Assembly (NCBI GenBank): GCA_041659325.1
Contig: JBAZYN010000003.1
Location: forward strand, 7,296-71,295
Length of the DNA stretch: 64,000 nucleotides
Direction: 5' to 3'
Source of the DNA: Candidatus Shapirobacteria bacterium
GTDB taxonomy: Bacteria > Patescibacteriota > Microgenomatia > UBA12405
The notes under the pieces were generated by a model. That model saw only the letters and a program-made list of their open reading frames with translations, was not told the DNA's origin and ran no database searches. Shown one piece after another: positions 40,422-50,880 of the stretch. A program made the translations under genes and the position numbers. How positions within the stretch are numbered: position 1 is the stretch's first letter; each line of letters starts with the position of its first letter.

Positions 40422-41105
40422 CTAGTCACATACGAGATTTTTTCGGCAGGTTGACTTGAGGTCGTCCGACCCGGCCCCCTCACAGATTTGGCAAATTCTT
40501 TTTAGTTCGTCGGTGATTGTTGAATTAATATCGGCGGAGTCTACAAACTGGAAATCGAAAGGCACTTCAAAGACGGGATCGACATCATCCCAGTCTGAAC
40601 ACAGGTGATCACCGGATAACGGCGCGCTACCAAAACGTTTTAAGACACCAAGTTCGGAGATATCGACGTTAAATCTAAAATCCGATAGTTTCATTTTTTG
40701 CCCTGACGGGTTTTCGGGTTTTGGTCCACCGTAATAAATCGGCGGATTCCACACATAGACCTGGCCACCATCATAAAATATTTGGGTTTTGAAAGAATTT
40801 TCTTCGGAAGTGGCACTGATGCGATAATCAGCTCTAATTTTGTCCCCGGACATATAAGTAAAAAGCTCGATGGTTGATTTGGGACTAATGACAACACTCT
40901 GGCATTTTATTATTTTTTGAGGTTTAATCTCATCGGTATCGGCAAGTTTGGTCTCGGTGGCGGGAGATTTTTGGATAGTTTCGGGCGGGGTAACTTTTTT
41001 TGAAAAAAACGATTTGTATAAGAAATAGAGAGCCAAAAGCAGGAATAGTAATAGAAATATGATCAGCCACTTGGGATTTTTTTTGTTTTCTTTGGTGTCT
41101 TCCAT
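40422..41105 (-). CDS. membrane-anchored hypothetical protein
   Basis: N-terminal TM; C-terminal cysteines. Confidence 0.7.
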   Translation of the reverse strand: MEDTKENKKNPKWLIIFLLLFLLLALYFLYKSFFSKKVTPPETIQKSPATETKLADTDEIKPQKIIKCQSVVISPKSTIELFTYMSGDKIRADYRISATSEENSFKTQIFYDGGQVYVWNPPIYYGGPKPENPSGQKMKLSDFRFNVDISELGVLKRFGSAPLSGDHLCSDWDDVDPVFEVPFDFQFVDSADINSTITDELKRICQICEGAGSDDLKSTCRKNLVCD

Positions 41106-41239
41106 ATGCTTATTGTACTACGGCAAAGTATTTTAGAGCGGAAAAATATATTATCTCTTTTCTTACATTATATTTGCACGACTTTTATTTCTATGACAGA
41201 AAATTGATTAAAGTTTTAATTATTAATTAATTTAAAAAT

Positions 41240-41443
41240 ATGGCAACAATTGTCAATACTCCCTCTTCGGGGGAATCGAGTGGCGGTATGGGAATGTTTT
41301 TGACCGCAGTTTTGGTTATCGGTCTTATTTTGGTGGTGGGATATTTTCTGCTACCGGCAATAAGGCAGGGGGGGCAGACTAACACGCCTTCGATCCAAAT
41401 CCCGGAGGAAGTGGATATAAATATTAATCAACCAACCCAGTAA
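41240..41443 (+). CDS. small single-TM protein
   Basis: One TM segment and an IQIPEEVDINI tail; preceded by a TCTTAC box. Confidence 0.7.
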   Translation: MATIVNTPSSGESSGGMGMFLTAVLVIGLILVVGYFLLPAIRQGGQTNTPSIQIPEEVDININQPTQ

Positions 41444-41545
41444 AAAACTAGCAAGGTGGTAGGTCTCTTACCGATTTATTACTAAATCTTTGTAATTTAT
41501 TAATGGGGCGAAATTATATTGGAGTATTAAAATTTTATTTAAAAT

Positions 41546-41887
41546 ATGGAGATGTTGGTAGGATTTCTGGTGTATAGTCTGGCAGTATATATAACTTCGT
41601 ATGTTTTACCGGGGATTGTGATTAAAGACTTTTTTACGTCGGTAGTGGTTGCGTTGGTGTTGGGTTTGGTAAACACTTTTATCAGGCCGGTGTTTTTGTT
41701 TTTTACATTTCCAATAACTATTTTGACGTTTGGACTGTTTGTATTTGTAGTAAATGCCCTAATGGTGCTTTTGGTGGACGCTCTGATTCCGGATTTTGAG
41801 GCAAAAAGTTTTTGGTGGGCACTGGCTTTTAGTGTGGTTTTATCAATCGTCAGTTCACTGATATTTTCGGTAACTAAGGTTAAATAA
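41546..41887 (+). CDS. YvlD/phage holin family (4-TM) membrane protein
   Basis: LGLVN.FIRPV...TFP.TILTFGLF..VVNA motif. Confidence 0.9.
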   Translation: MEMLVGFLVYSLAVYITSYVLPGIVIKDFFTSVVVALVLGLVNTFIRPVFLFFTFPITILTFGLFVFVVNALMVLLVDALIPDFEAKSFWWALAFSVVLSIVSSLIFSVTKVK

Positions 41888-41941
41888 AATAACCAACGTA
41901 ACAAACAAAAATAATATAACAAATTATAATTATTTAGGCAT

Positions 41942-43546
41942 ATGAAAAAAACAATTTTATTTTTTTTGATAATTTTAATAATTATCGCGGCGGGTTTTCT
42001 TTTTGCTCCGAAAAATGAGGGCCAACCGAGTATCGTCAAAGAAGAGCCGGTACCGGGGGTGGATGTAAAACTGGTGGCCGAGGGTTTTGTGTCACCGGTG
42101 GCTTTGGTGCCGGCAAACGACGGGACTAAGCGGATGTTTCTGGTTGACCAAATTGGCTTGATAAAAGTGATAGATGCGGAGGGGAAGGTGCTCGAAAATA
42201 ATTTTTTGGATTTGCAGAATAAATTGGTAACACTGTCGCAAAATTATGACGAGAGAGGGCTGCTGGGATTGGCTTTTCATCCTAGCTTTAGGGAAAACGG
42301 CCGGTTGTTTGTCTATTACAGCGCGCCGTTGAGAAGCGGGGTGACCGGAGATTGGAACCATACCAGTATTCTGTCGGAATTTATGGTTGATAAGAACAAC
42401 CCCAATATGGCGGATCCAAATTCGGAAAAGGTCATTCTTCAGATTGACCAGCCCCAATCAAACCACAACGGCGGACATATCACTTTTGGGCCTGAAGGTT
42501 TATTGTACATTCCCCTGGGAGACGGCGGGGCAGCGAATGACGTGGGGCTAGGCCATGCGGAAATTGGCAACGGCCAGGACATTACCACCATGTTGGGGAA
42601 AATTCTGCGGATTGATGTCGATAAAGGCAGCCCATATACCATACCCGAAGATAATCCATTTGTGGACAAAGAAGGGCTAGATGAGATATATGCTTACGGA
42701 CTAAGAAACCCCTATCATATTTCTTTTGACTCGGGAGGAAATAAAGAGCTTTTTGCCGCCGACGCGGGGCAGGATTTGTGGGAAGAGGTAAATATCGTGA
42801 CAAAGGGGGGGAACTATGGCTGGAATATCAGAGAGGGCAGCCATTGCTTTGACCCGTCGAATGCGGAGCAATCAGCGGTGACTTGCCTGAGCACAGGACT
42901 TAACGGTGAGCCGCTTTTGAATCCGATTATTGAATATGGCCATATGGGAGAGGGCGGAGGAAAGGCGATTGTGGGCGGATATGTTTATCGGGGGGAGGCA
43001 ATAAAGGAACTTAATGGGGATTATGTTTTTGCCGACTGGAGTCGTGACTTTACAAAGGGTGACGGCAGCCTGTTTGCGGCAAGTTTGGATAATGGGAATT
43101 GGTCTTTGAGAGAATTAAAAATTTCTAATGGTCAGAATAGCCGCTTGGGACTATTTATAAAAGGAATGGGCCAGGATGAGGATAACGAGTTGTATCTACT
43201 AACGACAGGGACACTCGGCCCTTCGGGCGAGAGTGGAAAAATATTTAAAATTTTATCGCCGGGAAGTGCAAGTACCGGTGAAAACAAGGAGGCAGAAATG
43301 GAGGAAGAGAAGGTAAGGATTAAAAATTTTAAGTTTGAGCCGGAGACGATAACTATACCCAAGGGGACAAAAGTTACCTGGGCGAATGAAGATTCGACTC
43401 CGCACACAATTGCCAGTCAGGGAAATTTTGAGTCGAATACTTTTGATCAGGGAGAAACGTTTAGTTTTACTTTTGAGGAAACCGGAGAGTTTGACTATAT
43501 TTGCGGCATACACCCGGAGATGAAAGGTAAGGTAATAGTGGAGTAA
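41942..43546 (+). CDS. PQQ-dependent sugar dehydrogenase (GSDH) fused to a C-terminal cupredoxin
   Basis: ERGLLGLAFHP, HNGG.I.FGP, GKILRID, YGLRNP, NYGW; C-terminal N.D..PHT...YICGIHPEM type-1 copper site. Confidence 0.9.
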   Translation: MKKTILFFLIILIIIAAGFLFAPKNEGQPSIVKEEPVPGVDVKLVAEGFVSPVALVPANDGTKRMFLVDQIGLIKVIDAEGKVLENNFLDLQNKLVTLSQNYDERGLLGLAFHPSFRENGRLFVYYSAPLRSGVTGDWNHTSILSEFMVDKNNPNMADPNSEKVILQIDQPQSNHNGGHITFGPEGLLYIPLGDGGAANDVGLGHAEIGNGQDITTMLGKILRIDVDKGSPYTIPEDNPFVDKEGLDEIYAYGLRNPYHISFDSGGNKELFAADAGQDLWEEVNIVTKGGNYGWNIREGSHCFDPSNAEQSAVTCLSTGLNGEPLLNPIIEYGHMGEGGGKAIVGGYVYRGEAIKELNGDYVFADWSRDFTKGDGSLFAASLDNGNWSLRELKISNGQNSRLGLFIKGMGQDEDNELYLLTTGTLGPSGESGKIFKILSPGSASTGENKEAEMEEEKVRIKNFKFEPETITIPKGTKVTWANEDSTPHTIASQGNFESNTFDQGETFSFTFEETGEFDYICGIHPEMKGKVIVE

Positions 43547-43577
43547 AATATAAAGCAGAATATTTATTAAAAAAATC

Positions 43578-44162
43578 ATGAAAAAATATAGTGAAGCAAA
43601 AAAATATAACTTTTCGGAGCTAAAGGGAATTTCCCAAAAAACCATGGATGAACACTATGGGAAACTTTATAGCGGCTATGTCAAAAAATGGCAAGAGATT
43701 CAGGACCGGCTGAAGGCAACTGATAAAACAACTGCCAATGCGACATTTTCCGATTTGCGGGAAGCGAAACTGGAAGAAGGATTTGCGGCGAACGCCGTTC
43801 TATTACATGAGGCATATTTTGATATTTTGGGCGGAGACGGAGTCCCCGGGGGAGAAATCCTTCAAAAAATCTGTGACGATTTTGGGTCGTTTGAGCAGTG
43901 GCGAGATGAGTTTAAGGCACTAGGGCTGACGGCCCGAGGGTGGGTGATATTGGCTTTTGATTTTAACGACGGTAAATTACGTAACTATATCGCCGATGTC
44001 CACAACCAGGGCGGGATTTGGGGTGTTTCACCTGTTTTGGTAATGGACGTTTATGAACATGCTTATTTTATCGATTTCGGGGCTGACCGGAAAAGCTACA
44101 TTGAAGCCTTTTTCCAGAACGTGAAGTGGGAAATTGTGAATAAAAAATTTGAGAAATACTAA
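43578..44162 (+). CDS. Fe/Mn superoxide dismutase family (ChrC-like)
   Basis: EHY.KLY.GY, LHEAYF and DVYEHAY motifs. Confidence 0.9.
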   Translation: MKKYSEAKKYNFSELKGISQKTMDEHYGKLYSGYVKKWQEIQDRLKATDKTTANATFSDLREAKLEEGFAANAVLLHEAYFDILGGDGVPGGEILQKICDDFGSFEQWRDEFKALGLTARGWVILAFDFNDGKLRNYIADVHNQGGIWGVSPVLVMDVYEHAYFIDFGADRKSYIEAFFQNVKWEIVNKKFEKY

Positions 44163-44181
44163 AAAGAGAAGGAGGTGAGAT

Positions 44182-44448
44182 ATGAAAAAAACAAAAAGAC
44201 ACCTGACGACAGCAGAAGCAAAACTTATCGGCAAACGATTGGGCATTAAGTGGGATAAATTTGATATCCATCAGTTTGAAATAGGGATGAAAGTCGAGTT
44301 GGAGCATGGGATTATCAGCCCGCTGACAAATGTCACAAATGACGATCTGTTAACGACAGGAAAAATTGCATTGGCCCATCTAAATGAAATTCCCGACTAT
44401 TATACCCGCCTTTTAAAAATGGAAAAAGAAGCCGAGAAACAAAAATAA
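44182..44448 (+). CDS. DUF5661 family protein
   Basis: G..VELEHG...NVTNDD...TGKIALAHL.E.PDYY..L..ME. Confidence 0.8.
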   Translation: MKKTKRHLTTAEAKLIGKRLGIKWDKFDIHQFEIGMKVELEHGIISPLTNVTNDDLLTTGKIALAHLNEIPDYYTRLLKMEKEAEKQK

Positions 44449-44485
44449 TCACACCGATCGCTTGTTAGAATCGATCTGAAGGAAT

Positions 44486-44785
44486 TTATAACTGAACTTC
44501 AGGTGTGGGGATGGCGGTTGACTGAGGAACTTGGGTTTCTTGTGGATTTTGCGGGATTTGAGTGTCTTGAGGATTTTGAGGAATTTGGGTTGCCTGGGGA
44601 TTTTGCGGGACTTGAGTTGATTGTGGACTTGGTGTAGGGATGCTTGACGACCCATCATTGCTACTACTAAATATGGCAAACAAAAACATTATTACCACAA
44701 CGGCGCCGAGAATCATCCATAGGAGCGTATTATTGTTTTGGGCGGTCTGGCCTGACGGCGTGGTGTTGTAAATTTGATCAGTCAT
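44486..44785 (-). CDS. small single-TM protein with Q/P-rich 9-aa repeats
   Basis: TM segment, then about 4 TQ(V/I)PQNPQx units. Confidence 0.7.
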   Translation of the reverse strand: MTDQIYNTTPSGQTAQNNNTLLWMILGAVVVIMFLFAIFSSSNDGSSSIPTPSPQSTQVPQNPQATQIPQNPQDTQIPQNPQETQVPQSTAIPTPEVQL

Positions 44786-44983
44786 AAAATTTTGTTAAAT
44801 TATTAATATTAATTTATTTTTAAGTTTACTTTGACAGATAGCTCCATTCTGTAAACCAGATTACAGGATTTCCGTGATGGGGGTACCAGACTTTTTTAAT
44901 TGGAATTTCAAAATTCAGCTCCTTGGGTCATACTCAGGACAGATTGGACTGAATTTTTTTTGGGCGGGATTTATTAGATTTTA

Positions 44984-45012
44984 AGCTCGAAAAGCGGGAT
45001 GATTTTGAAACT
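44984..45012 (+). repeat. att-like scar
   Basis: AGCTCGAAAAGCGGGATGATTTTGAAACT, flush with the NUDIX stop. Confidence 0.55.
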
Positions 45013-45554
45013 CATTTATCAAGCGAAAGTGTGTATAGACAGTAGGCTGTAATTGTAGAAGCGTCTTTGATTTCTCCCGACCTAATAGCTAGTTTTAGTT
45101 CTTCTTCGGATAGTATCCTGTTTTTCATATCAGCCTCTGTGCCTTCGAGATGCCTATTCCCTTCTCTTATTTCTTCTACTAAAAAAACAGAATAGCATTG
45201 TTGACTGTGTCCACAGGCAAGCCATACTTTGCCAAGATTCTTTAACCTGCCAGCTTGATAACCTGTTTCTTCTTCGAATTCTCTTCGAGCAGCATCTTCC
45301 GGAGTTTCATCACCTACGATACTTCCTTGGGAAAATTCTAACGACCGATCTCCGACCGGGTAACGATCTTGTTCGACTAATACGAATTTATTATTTATCT
45401 TTGAAATTATCACAACAAAATCTTTTTTTACTAAAACATCGTATTCGCCGGGGTTGCCGTCTGGTCTAATTACTTCATCGTGTCTCAAAGCCAACCATTT
45501 ACTTTCGTATACAAACTTTTGGGAAACTGTTTTCCAATTTGTTGCTTTATTCAT
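45012..45554 (-). CDS. NUDIX hydrolase (ADP-ribose pyrophosphatase-like)
   Basis: G.I..DETPEDAARREFEEETG, Q.RYP and I.DA.T motifs. Confidence 0.9.
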   Translation of the reverse strand: MNKATNWKTVSQKFVYESKWLALRHDEVIRPDGNPGEYDVLVKKDFVVIISKINNKFVLVEQDRYPVGDRSLEFSQGSIVGDETPEDAARREFEEETGYQAGRLKNLGKVWLACGHSQQCYSVFLVEEIREGNRHLEGTEADMKNRILSEEELKLAIRSGEIKDASTITAYCLYTLSLDK

Positions 45555-45718
45555 AACAAATTGTAGCAAATGTCTAAAGTCTGAAATCGTTCTTTTTTAA
45601 TGCCCTAATAGTACAATGGCTCCGGAGATCGAGCCCTTCAACTACGTTCGGGGTAAACTAGCTCAGGACAAGCCCTTCGACTCAAAAGATTTTTTATTTT
45701 GGCTGGCGGGTGAGCAAA

Positions 45719-46144
45719 TTAATGGGTCGGTCTATTGAAAGTTCTTAGCACCCGTTCTTGATCCAAATCACTCGTCCAGTCGAGCTGCCGATCGGCTAAT
45801 AAAGCCACACTCCTATTTATCTTATCTTCTTCACTTAACATAACCTGAGCATAACCTCTACCTCTATTTTTTATTATGTGTTCCAACAAATCGGATGTCG
45901 GCCTATCTAAAGCCTCATCGGGTAAAATCAAAATAAACTTTGCAATATCAATAAAGTGTCTTAGTTTTTCCGGAGGAAGATTGGCTAGTTGGCCTTGTCT
46001 TGCAATAAAAATTCCCATTGCAGATACTTCCTGTTGAAATTTTTCTGCTTGCCCGCTTCTTAGATCAGAATGTATAAGTAAAATTCCGCCAGGCAATTGG
46101 GCTTCAATTTCACCTAATTTTGTTTCGGGTCTTGGCTCTGCCAT
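45719..46144 (-). CDS. hypothetical protein
   Basis: ORF with TATAAT just upstream of the ATG at 46144. Confidence 0.55.
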   Translation of the reverse strand: MAEPRPETKLGEIEAQLPGGILLIHSDLRSGQAEKFQQEVSAMGIFIARQGQLANLPPEKLRHFIDIAKFILILPDEALDRPTSDLLEHIIKNRGRGYAQVMLSEEDKINRSVALLADRQLDWTSDLDQERVLRTFNRPTH

Positions 46145-46600
46145 GTATTTATTATAAGGCAAAAGCTATAGTCTGTGCCACCCCTGATTTTGATATAAAA
46201 GCCCTGGGTGAAATATTGGCAAGATAAGACTTAATATCGCCTTTTTAAGCCCCGGCACAAGTGGGACCTTCGACTGCGTTCAGGGCAGATGAATTTTGGG
46301 GTAAATAGCGCCGCGTCCAGGTAAATAATTATTGTCCTTTTTCTTACATTGTATTTGAAGGATTCTTAGTATTTTGTAAGAGAATAGCGAATAAATATAT
46401 TATTATTTTATTCTAAATGATGAGGTGGGAGGTAAAACCTAATATTCCCTCAATATAATTGCCAGACAAAGTCGAAAACATACGAAAGATTTTTGGGGGT
46501 GAGATTAAACAATGTTTGTAACTCTAATTACTTTAATTTTGCTAGCAAAATTACTGTTTGCCCCAAGAGTATATAGGTATACTAGATTTCTCCAATTTAT

Positions 46601-47989
46601 ATGAGATTTATTAAACGTAAGAGAACACTAGTATTTATTTTTACCGCCTTTACCGGGGCTGGTTTTTCGTTAAATCTGTATCGCCTTCAATCAAGTATTA
46701 CTTTAAATTGGATACCACTGGTAGTAATTTTGGTTACGCTACTTCTAACTGTTCAGGGGATTATTACTTTGATGTGGATGCTCTATGCCTGGGAAGATCC
46801 CGACACTGTCAACAATAACAAATCTCCGGTTGAATTTGCCTATCCTTCGCTTTCTTTTACTGCCCTGGTACCGGCCAGGCACGAAGAAAAAGTTATCCGC
46901 GATACCATTATCGCTATTAATAAAATTAATTATCCTGATAACCTAAAAGAAATTTTGGTACTGTGTCGGGAAGATGATGTGAATACAATTAATCGGGCGG
47001 CGGAAACAATTACGGAACTTGGTCAAAAAAATATCCGCTTGGTCACCTTTGACGGGTTTCCTATCAACAAGCCCCATGGTCTAAATATAGGTCTCTGGCA
47101 AGCGAGGAATAGTGTGGTGACAATTTTTGATGCCGAAGACGAACCCCATCCTGACATATATCAAATAATTAATACGGTAATGATCCGCGACCGGGTAGAT
47201 GTGGTTCAGTCGGGGGTTCAGCTGATGAACTTCCGATCCCATTGGTTTTCTGCTTTAAATGTTATGGAATACTTTCTTTGGTTTAAGTCGGGACTTCACT
47301 TTTTTCTAAAAATCGGCCAGGCTACTCCACTGGGTGGCAATACGGTATTTTTTAAAAAGGAATGGCTAAAGACTGTGGGCGGTTGGGATGAAAATTGCCT
47401 GACTGAGGATGCTGATATCGGCATCCGACTGGCTCTGGCAGGGGCTAAAACCCGGGTTATCTATGACGAAAAACACTCAACTCAGGAAGAAACCCCACCA
47501 GACCTGGCCGGATTGATTAAGCAAAGAACCCGGTGGAATCAGGGATTTATTCAAATCTTACAAAAAGGTGACTGGGCCAAACTGCCTAGTTGGCGGCAAC
47601 GACTGGTGATCTTGTATGTTCTTTTCTCCCCGATTACTCAGGCTCTGTTTTTACCATACATTCCGTTTAGTTTTTGGGTGGCTTTTACCCAAAAATTACC
47701 GGTATCGGTTTCTTTGTTGTCCTTTGTCCCCTTGTGTTTGTTTATCCTCCAAGTTCTAATTTCTACCGTTGGGCTGTTTGAGTTTACCCGGGCTTATAAG
47801 CTAAAGTTTCCTTTTTGGATGCCTTTGGTGGTCATATTTACTTTTATCCCATATCAAATTGCTCTGATGTTTTCTTCGTTTCGGGCTCTTTACCGGATTA
47901 TTTTTAATAATAATAGTTGGGAAAAAACTCAGCATTTAAATGACCACCGCCAACCGGCACCGGTTTTGGAAATGGCCTATGTTAAATAA
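46601..47989 (+). CDS. processive GT2 glycosyltransferase (cellulose-synthase-like)
   Basis: FDAED, TED and QRTRW motifs with flanking TM segments. Confidence 0.92.
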   Translation: MRFIKRKRTLVFIFTAFTGAGFSLNLYRLQSSITLNWIPLVVILVTLLLTVQGIITLMWMLYAWEDPDTVNNNKSPVEFAYPSLSFTALVPARHEEKVIRDTIIAINKINYPDNLKEILVLCREDDVNTINRAAETITELGQKNIRLVTFDGFPINKPHGLNIGLWQARNSVVTIFDAEDEPHPDIYQIINTVMIRDRVDVVQSGVQLMNFRSHWFSALNVMEYFLWFKSGLHFFLKIGQATPLGGNTVFFKKEWLKTVGGWDENCLTEDADIGIRLALAGAKTRVIYDEKHSTQEETPPDLAGLIKQRTRWNQGFIQILQKGDWAKLPSWRQRLVILYVLFSPITQALFLPYIPFSFWVAFTQKLPVSVSLLSFVPLCLFILQVLISTVGLFEFTRAYKLKFPFWMPLVVIFTFIPYQIALMFSSFRALYRIIFNNNSWEKTQHLNDHRQPAPVLEMAYVK

Positions 47990-50582
47990 TCTCAAGACGA
48001 ACTATTTTGGGGTGGTGGCGGTGGCGATCGTGATGGCTATTTCACTGGTATCTCATGGCTTTAATATGTTTCGTTTCCCATATTATGAGAACGATGAGGG
48101 AACGTATATGTCTCAGGCTTGGTCGGTGCTAGAACAGGGAAGCTTGGCCCCCTATACCTATTGGTATGATCATGCCCCGGCCGGCTGGCTGTTTCTGGCA
48201 ACCTGGGTAAAACTAACCGGTGGTTTTTTTACTTTTGGAACTTCAGTTAATTCCGGTCGGGCATTTATGCTAGTACTGCACCTTTTTACCTCGGGGTTGT
48301 TAATCTATGTGGCGAAAAAACTAAGCGGTAGCATTATCCCCGGTTTGATGGCAGTTCTTATTTTCTCGCTCTCCCCCTTGGGGATATATTTTCAGCGACG
48401 GGTATTGCTTGACAACATAATGGTTTTTTGGATTTTTGTGTCTCTGGCAATTCTTTTGAAAGACAAACTTCGTCTGAGCCAGATAATTCTTTCCGGATTA
48501 GTTTTCGGGATTGCCGTTTTGACCAAAGAAAACGCCATCTTTTCTATCCCGGCTTTTGTATATGCAGTTTATATTAAATCTCATCCTGGACATCGGAGTT
48601 TTGCACTAATCAAGTGGTTGGCGGTGGCCGGGTTTGTGGTCTCCACATATTTTCTTTACGCTCTTTTGAAAAGCGAGTTTTTTCCGGTGGGGGTAATTAA
48701 TAATTTACCCCATGTTAGCCTGATTAGTAGTTTGTTACAGCAAGCAGGCCGCGGTAGTAGCTCTTATTTTTGGGACAAAAATAGCGATTTTTATGTCAAT
48801 TTAATGGAGTGGATGAACCGGGATAGACTAACCATAATTTTGGGGGTTTTTGCGACGATTGCCAGTCTAATACTAAGTATAAAAAACAGGGCGCTAAGGA
48901 TTCCTGCATATTTGTCTATTTTGTTTTGGCTATTTTTGTTAAGAGGAAAACTGGTTATCGATTTTTATATAGTACCCCTAATCCCCTTTTTGGCGCTCAA
49001 TATTGGGATGTTGAGCTATTTTATATTTAGATTTATTGCTTTTCGAAAAAAGTTTATCTATGTACCTTTAGTTTTTATTTTTGCCGTGGCGGTTTCGGCC
49101 TATTTACTGACACATCCCACCGGTCAATATACCCGGGACGAGACAATATCTCAGGTGCAAACTATTGATTGGATTAAAAAAAATGTTTCGGGTGACTCAT
49201 TTATTGCTATCGATTGCGCTCTTTACGTTGATCTACATGCGCCTAGGTTTGAGGGTGATACCGTTTTCCCAAATGCCGATTGGGTGTGGAAAGTTGAATA
49301 TGATCCGGAAATACTGACGGGTAAATTGGGTGAGGATTGGAAGAACATTCAATACATCACGTTGGGCCATGAAGTCCTGAAACAGATCAGAGATCATAAA
49401 TTTTATTTTATAAAAAAGGCTTTTGACAACTCAGTTTTGGCTTATGATTCTGAACGTAACACGACTTCGCATATCAACATAGATCAATATCTGAGTACCA
49501 ATGGTGATTGGATGCGGGTGTATCAGGTGAAAAACAAAGAAGCTTTGATTCTGGATAGTTCATGGAAATTTTACAAAAGCAATTTTGTCATATCCTACGG
49601 CCAAGTTATTGATCCACAAGGTAATAACCGGACTACCTCTGAGGGACAGTCTTTGGCAATGCTACGAGCGGTTTGGCTAAACGACAAATACACCTTTGAC
49701 GGGGTGTGGCAGTGGACGGTTGACCACCTGCAAAAACGGACTCAGGATAAATTATTTTCCTGGCTATGGGAAAAGAAGGGTGAAGACTATGGGTTGGCCG
49801 ACTCTAATACTGCCGCCGACGCTGATTCGGACATCGCACTGGCGCTGTTGTTTGCATATAGACGTTGGGGGGGTGGAGCATATTTAAGTTCTGCCCGGGC
49901 AATCCTAAATGACATGTGGAAAAAAGAAGTGGTTTTGGTTAATGGCCGTTATTACCTGACGGCCGGGACCGATGCCGCCCGAAACGGGGGTTATTTGATT
50001 AACCCGTCGTATTCGTCGCCGGCAAGTTTTCGGATTTTTGCCAAGGTAGATCCCAGGCACCCGTGGGACAAGTTGGCCGACGATAGTTATTACTTGTTTA
50101 ACCAATACACCCTTGTCCCAAACTGGATTCTTTTGGATAGGAGAAGCGGGCAGCTATCTTCGGCTAGTGCCTATGTAAACGACAAGGATGTCGATAATTA
50201 TGGCTATGATGCCTTTAGAACTATGTGGCACGTGGCCCTGGACTCGATCTGGTTTAAAAATAGTAAAGCCACCGATTTTTTGGCAAAAAATAAGCCCTTC
50301 TTTTCTCAACAATGGCAGGAAAATCAGAGATTTTTTTCGGTCTACGAGCTGGACGGGGCTCCGGTGACCGGCTACTCTTCGGTGAGTACCGAGGTGGGGG
50401 CGTTGTCTGTTTTTAGCCAAACTGATGCCAAAATGGCCGCTGACTTATTTCAGAAAAATTTTGAAAACAATTTTAATTATGATGAGGGTTATTGGGGGGA
50501 CAAATCCAACTACTACGACCAAAATTGGGCTTGGTTTGGCAGTGCTTTGGCCACTAACCGGCTGATTAATCTGTGGAAATAG
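47979..50582 (+). CDS. GT39/ArnT-like glycosyltransferase fused to a GH8 endoglucanase
   Basis: N-terminal multi-TM domain with DEG.Y and YDH.P.GW; C-terminal TTSEGQ, AADAD, NPSY and YDA.R GH8 motifs. Confidence 0.88.
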   Translation: MLNNLKTNYFGVVAVAIVMAISLVSHGFNMFRFPYYENDEGTYMSQAWSVLEQGSLAPYTYWYDHAPAGWLFLATWVKLTGGFFTFGTSVNSGRAFMLVLHLFTSGLLIYVAKKLSGSIIPGLMAVLIFSLSPLGIYFQRRVLLDNIMVFWIFVSLAILLKDKLRLSQIILSGLVFGIAVLTKENAIFSIPAFVYAVYIKSHPGHRSFALIKWLAVAGFVVSTYFLYALLKSEFFPVGVINNLPHVSLISSLLQQAGRGSSSYFWDKNSDFYVNLMEWMNRDRLTIILGVFATIASLILSIKNRALRIPAYLSILFWLFLLRGKLVIDFYIVPLIPFLALNIGMLSYFIFRFIAFRKKFIYVPLVFIFAVAVSAYLLTHPTGQYTRDETISQVQTIDWIKKNVSGDSFIAIDCALYVDLHAPRFEGDTVFPNADWVWKVEYDPEILTGKLGEDWKNIQYITLGHEVLKQIRDHKFYFIKKAFDNSVLAYDSERNTTSHINIDQYLSTNGDWMRVYQVKNKEALILDSSWKFYKSNFVISYGQVIDPQGNNRTTSEGQSLAMLRAVWLNDKYTFDGVWQWTVDHLQKRTQDKLFSWLWEKKGEDYGLADSNTAADADSDIALALLFAYRRWGGGAYLSSARAILNDMWKKEVVLVNGRYYLTAGTDAARNGGYLINPSYSSPASFRIFAKVDPRHPWDKLADDSYYLFNQYTLVPNWILLDRRSGQLSSASAYVNDKDVDNYGYDAFRTMWHVALDSIWFKNSKATDFLAKNKPFFSQQWQENQRFFSVYELDGAPVTGYSSVSTEVGALSVFSQTDAKMAADLFQKNFENNFNYDEGYWGDKSNYYDQNWAWFGSALATNRLINLWK

Positions 50583-50599
50583 AGAAATTAAGATATTTT

Positions 50600-50806
50600 C
50601 TACTTACCCCAAACACATTTATTTTTGTGACTACATAATGTCGCAATACACGGCTGACTAACACAACGACAGCCTGTGCTTACCATCTCCAGTCTTCCAC
50701 CGATAAATCGACAAAAGCGAAAATTTCTATTAGAAAAATATGAAACAGATAATACGGCAACTATTACAATAACAATACCTGGGAAGATAAATTTGTATTT
50801 CACCAA
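50600..50806 (-). CDS. small Cys-rich membrane/secreted protein
   Basis: TM segment, then C...GG and several further cysteines. Confidence 0.5.
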   Translation of the reverse strand: MVKYKFIFPGIVIVIVAVLSVSYFSNRNFRFCRFIGGRLEMVSTGCRCVSQPCIATLCSHKNKCVWGK

Positions 50807-50880
50807 ATTATTATCTCAAAAAGTATATTAAGTGTCAGCTAGCTCCGGAAGGACAATGCCTTTTTACCCAAAAAATATTT

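Noticed and set aside
44520-44620. 27-bp tandem repeats as a non-coding array
   Set aside because: They vary mainly at codon level and encode the QxPQNPQxT repeats of ORF 44486..44785.
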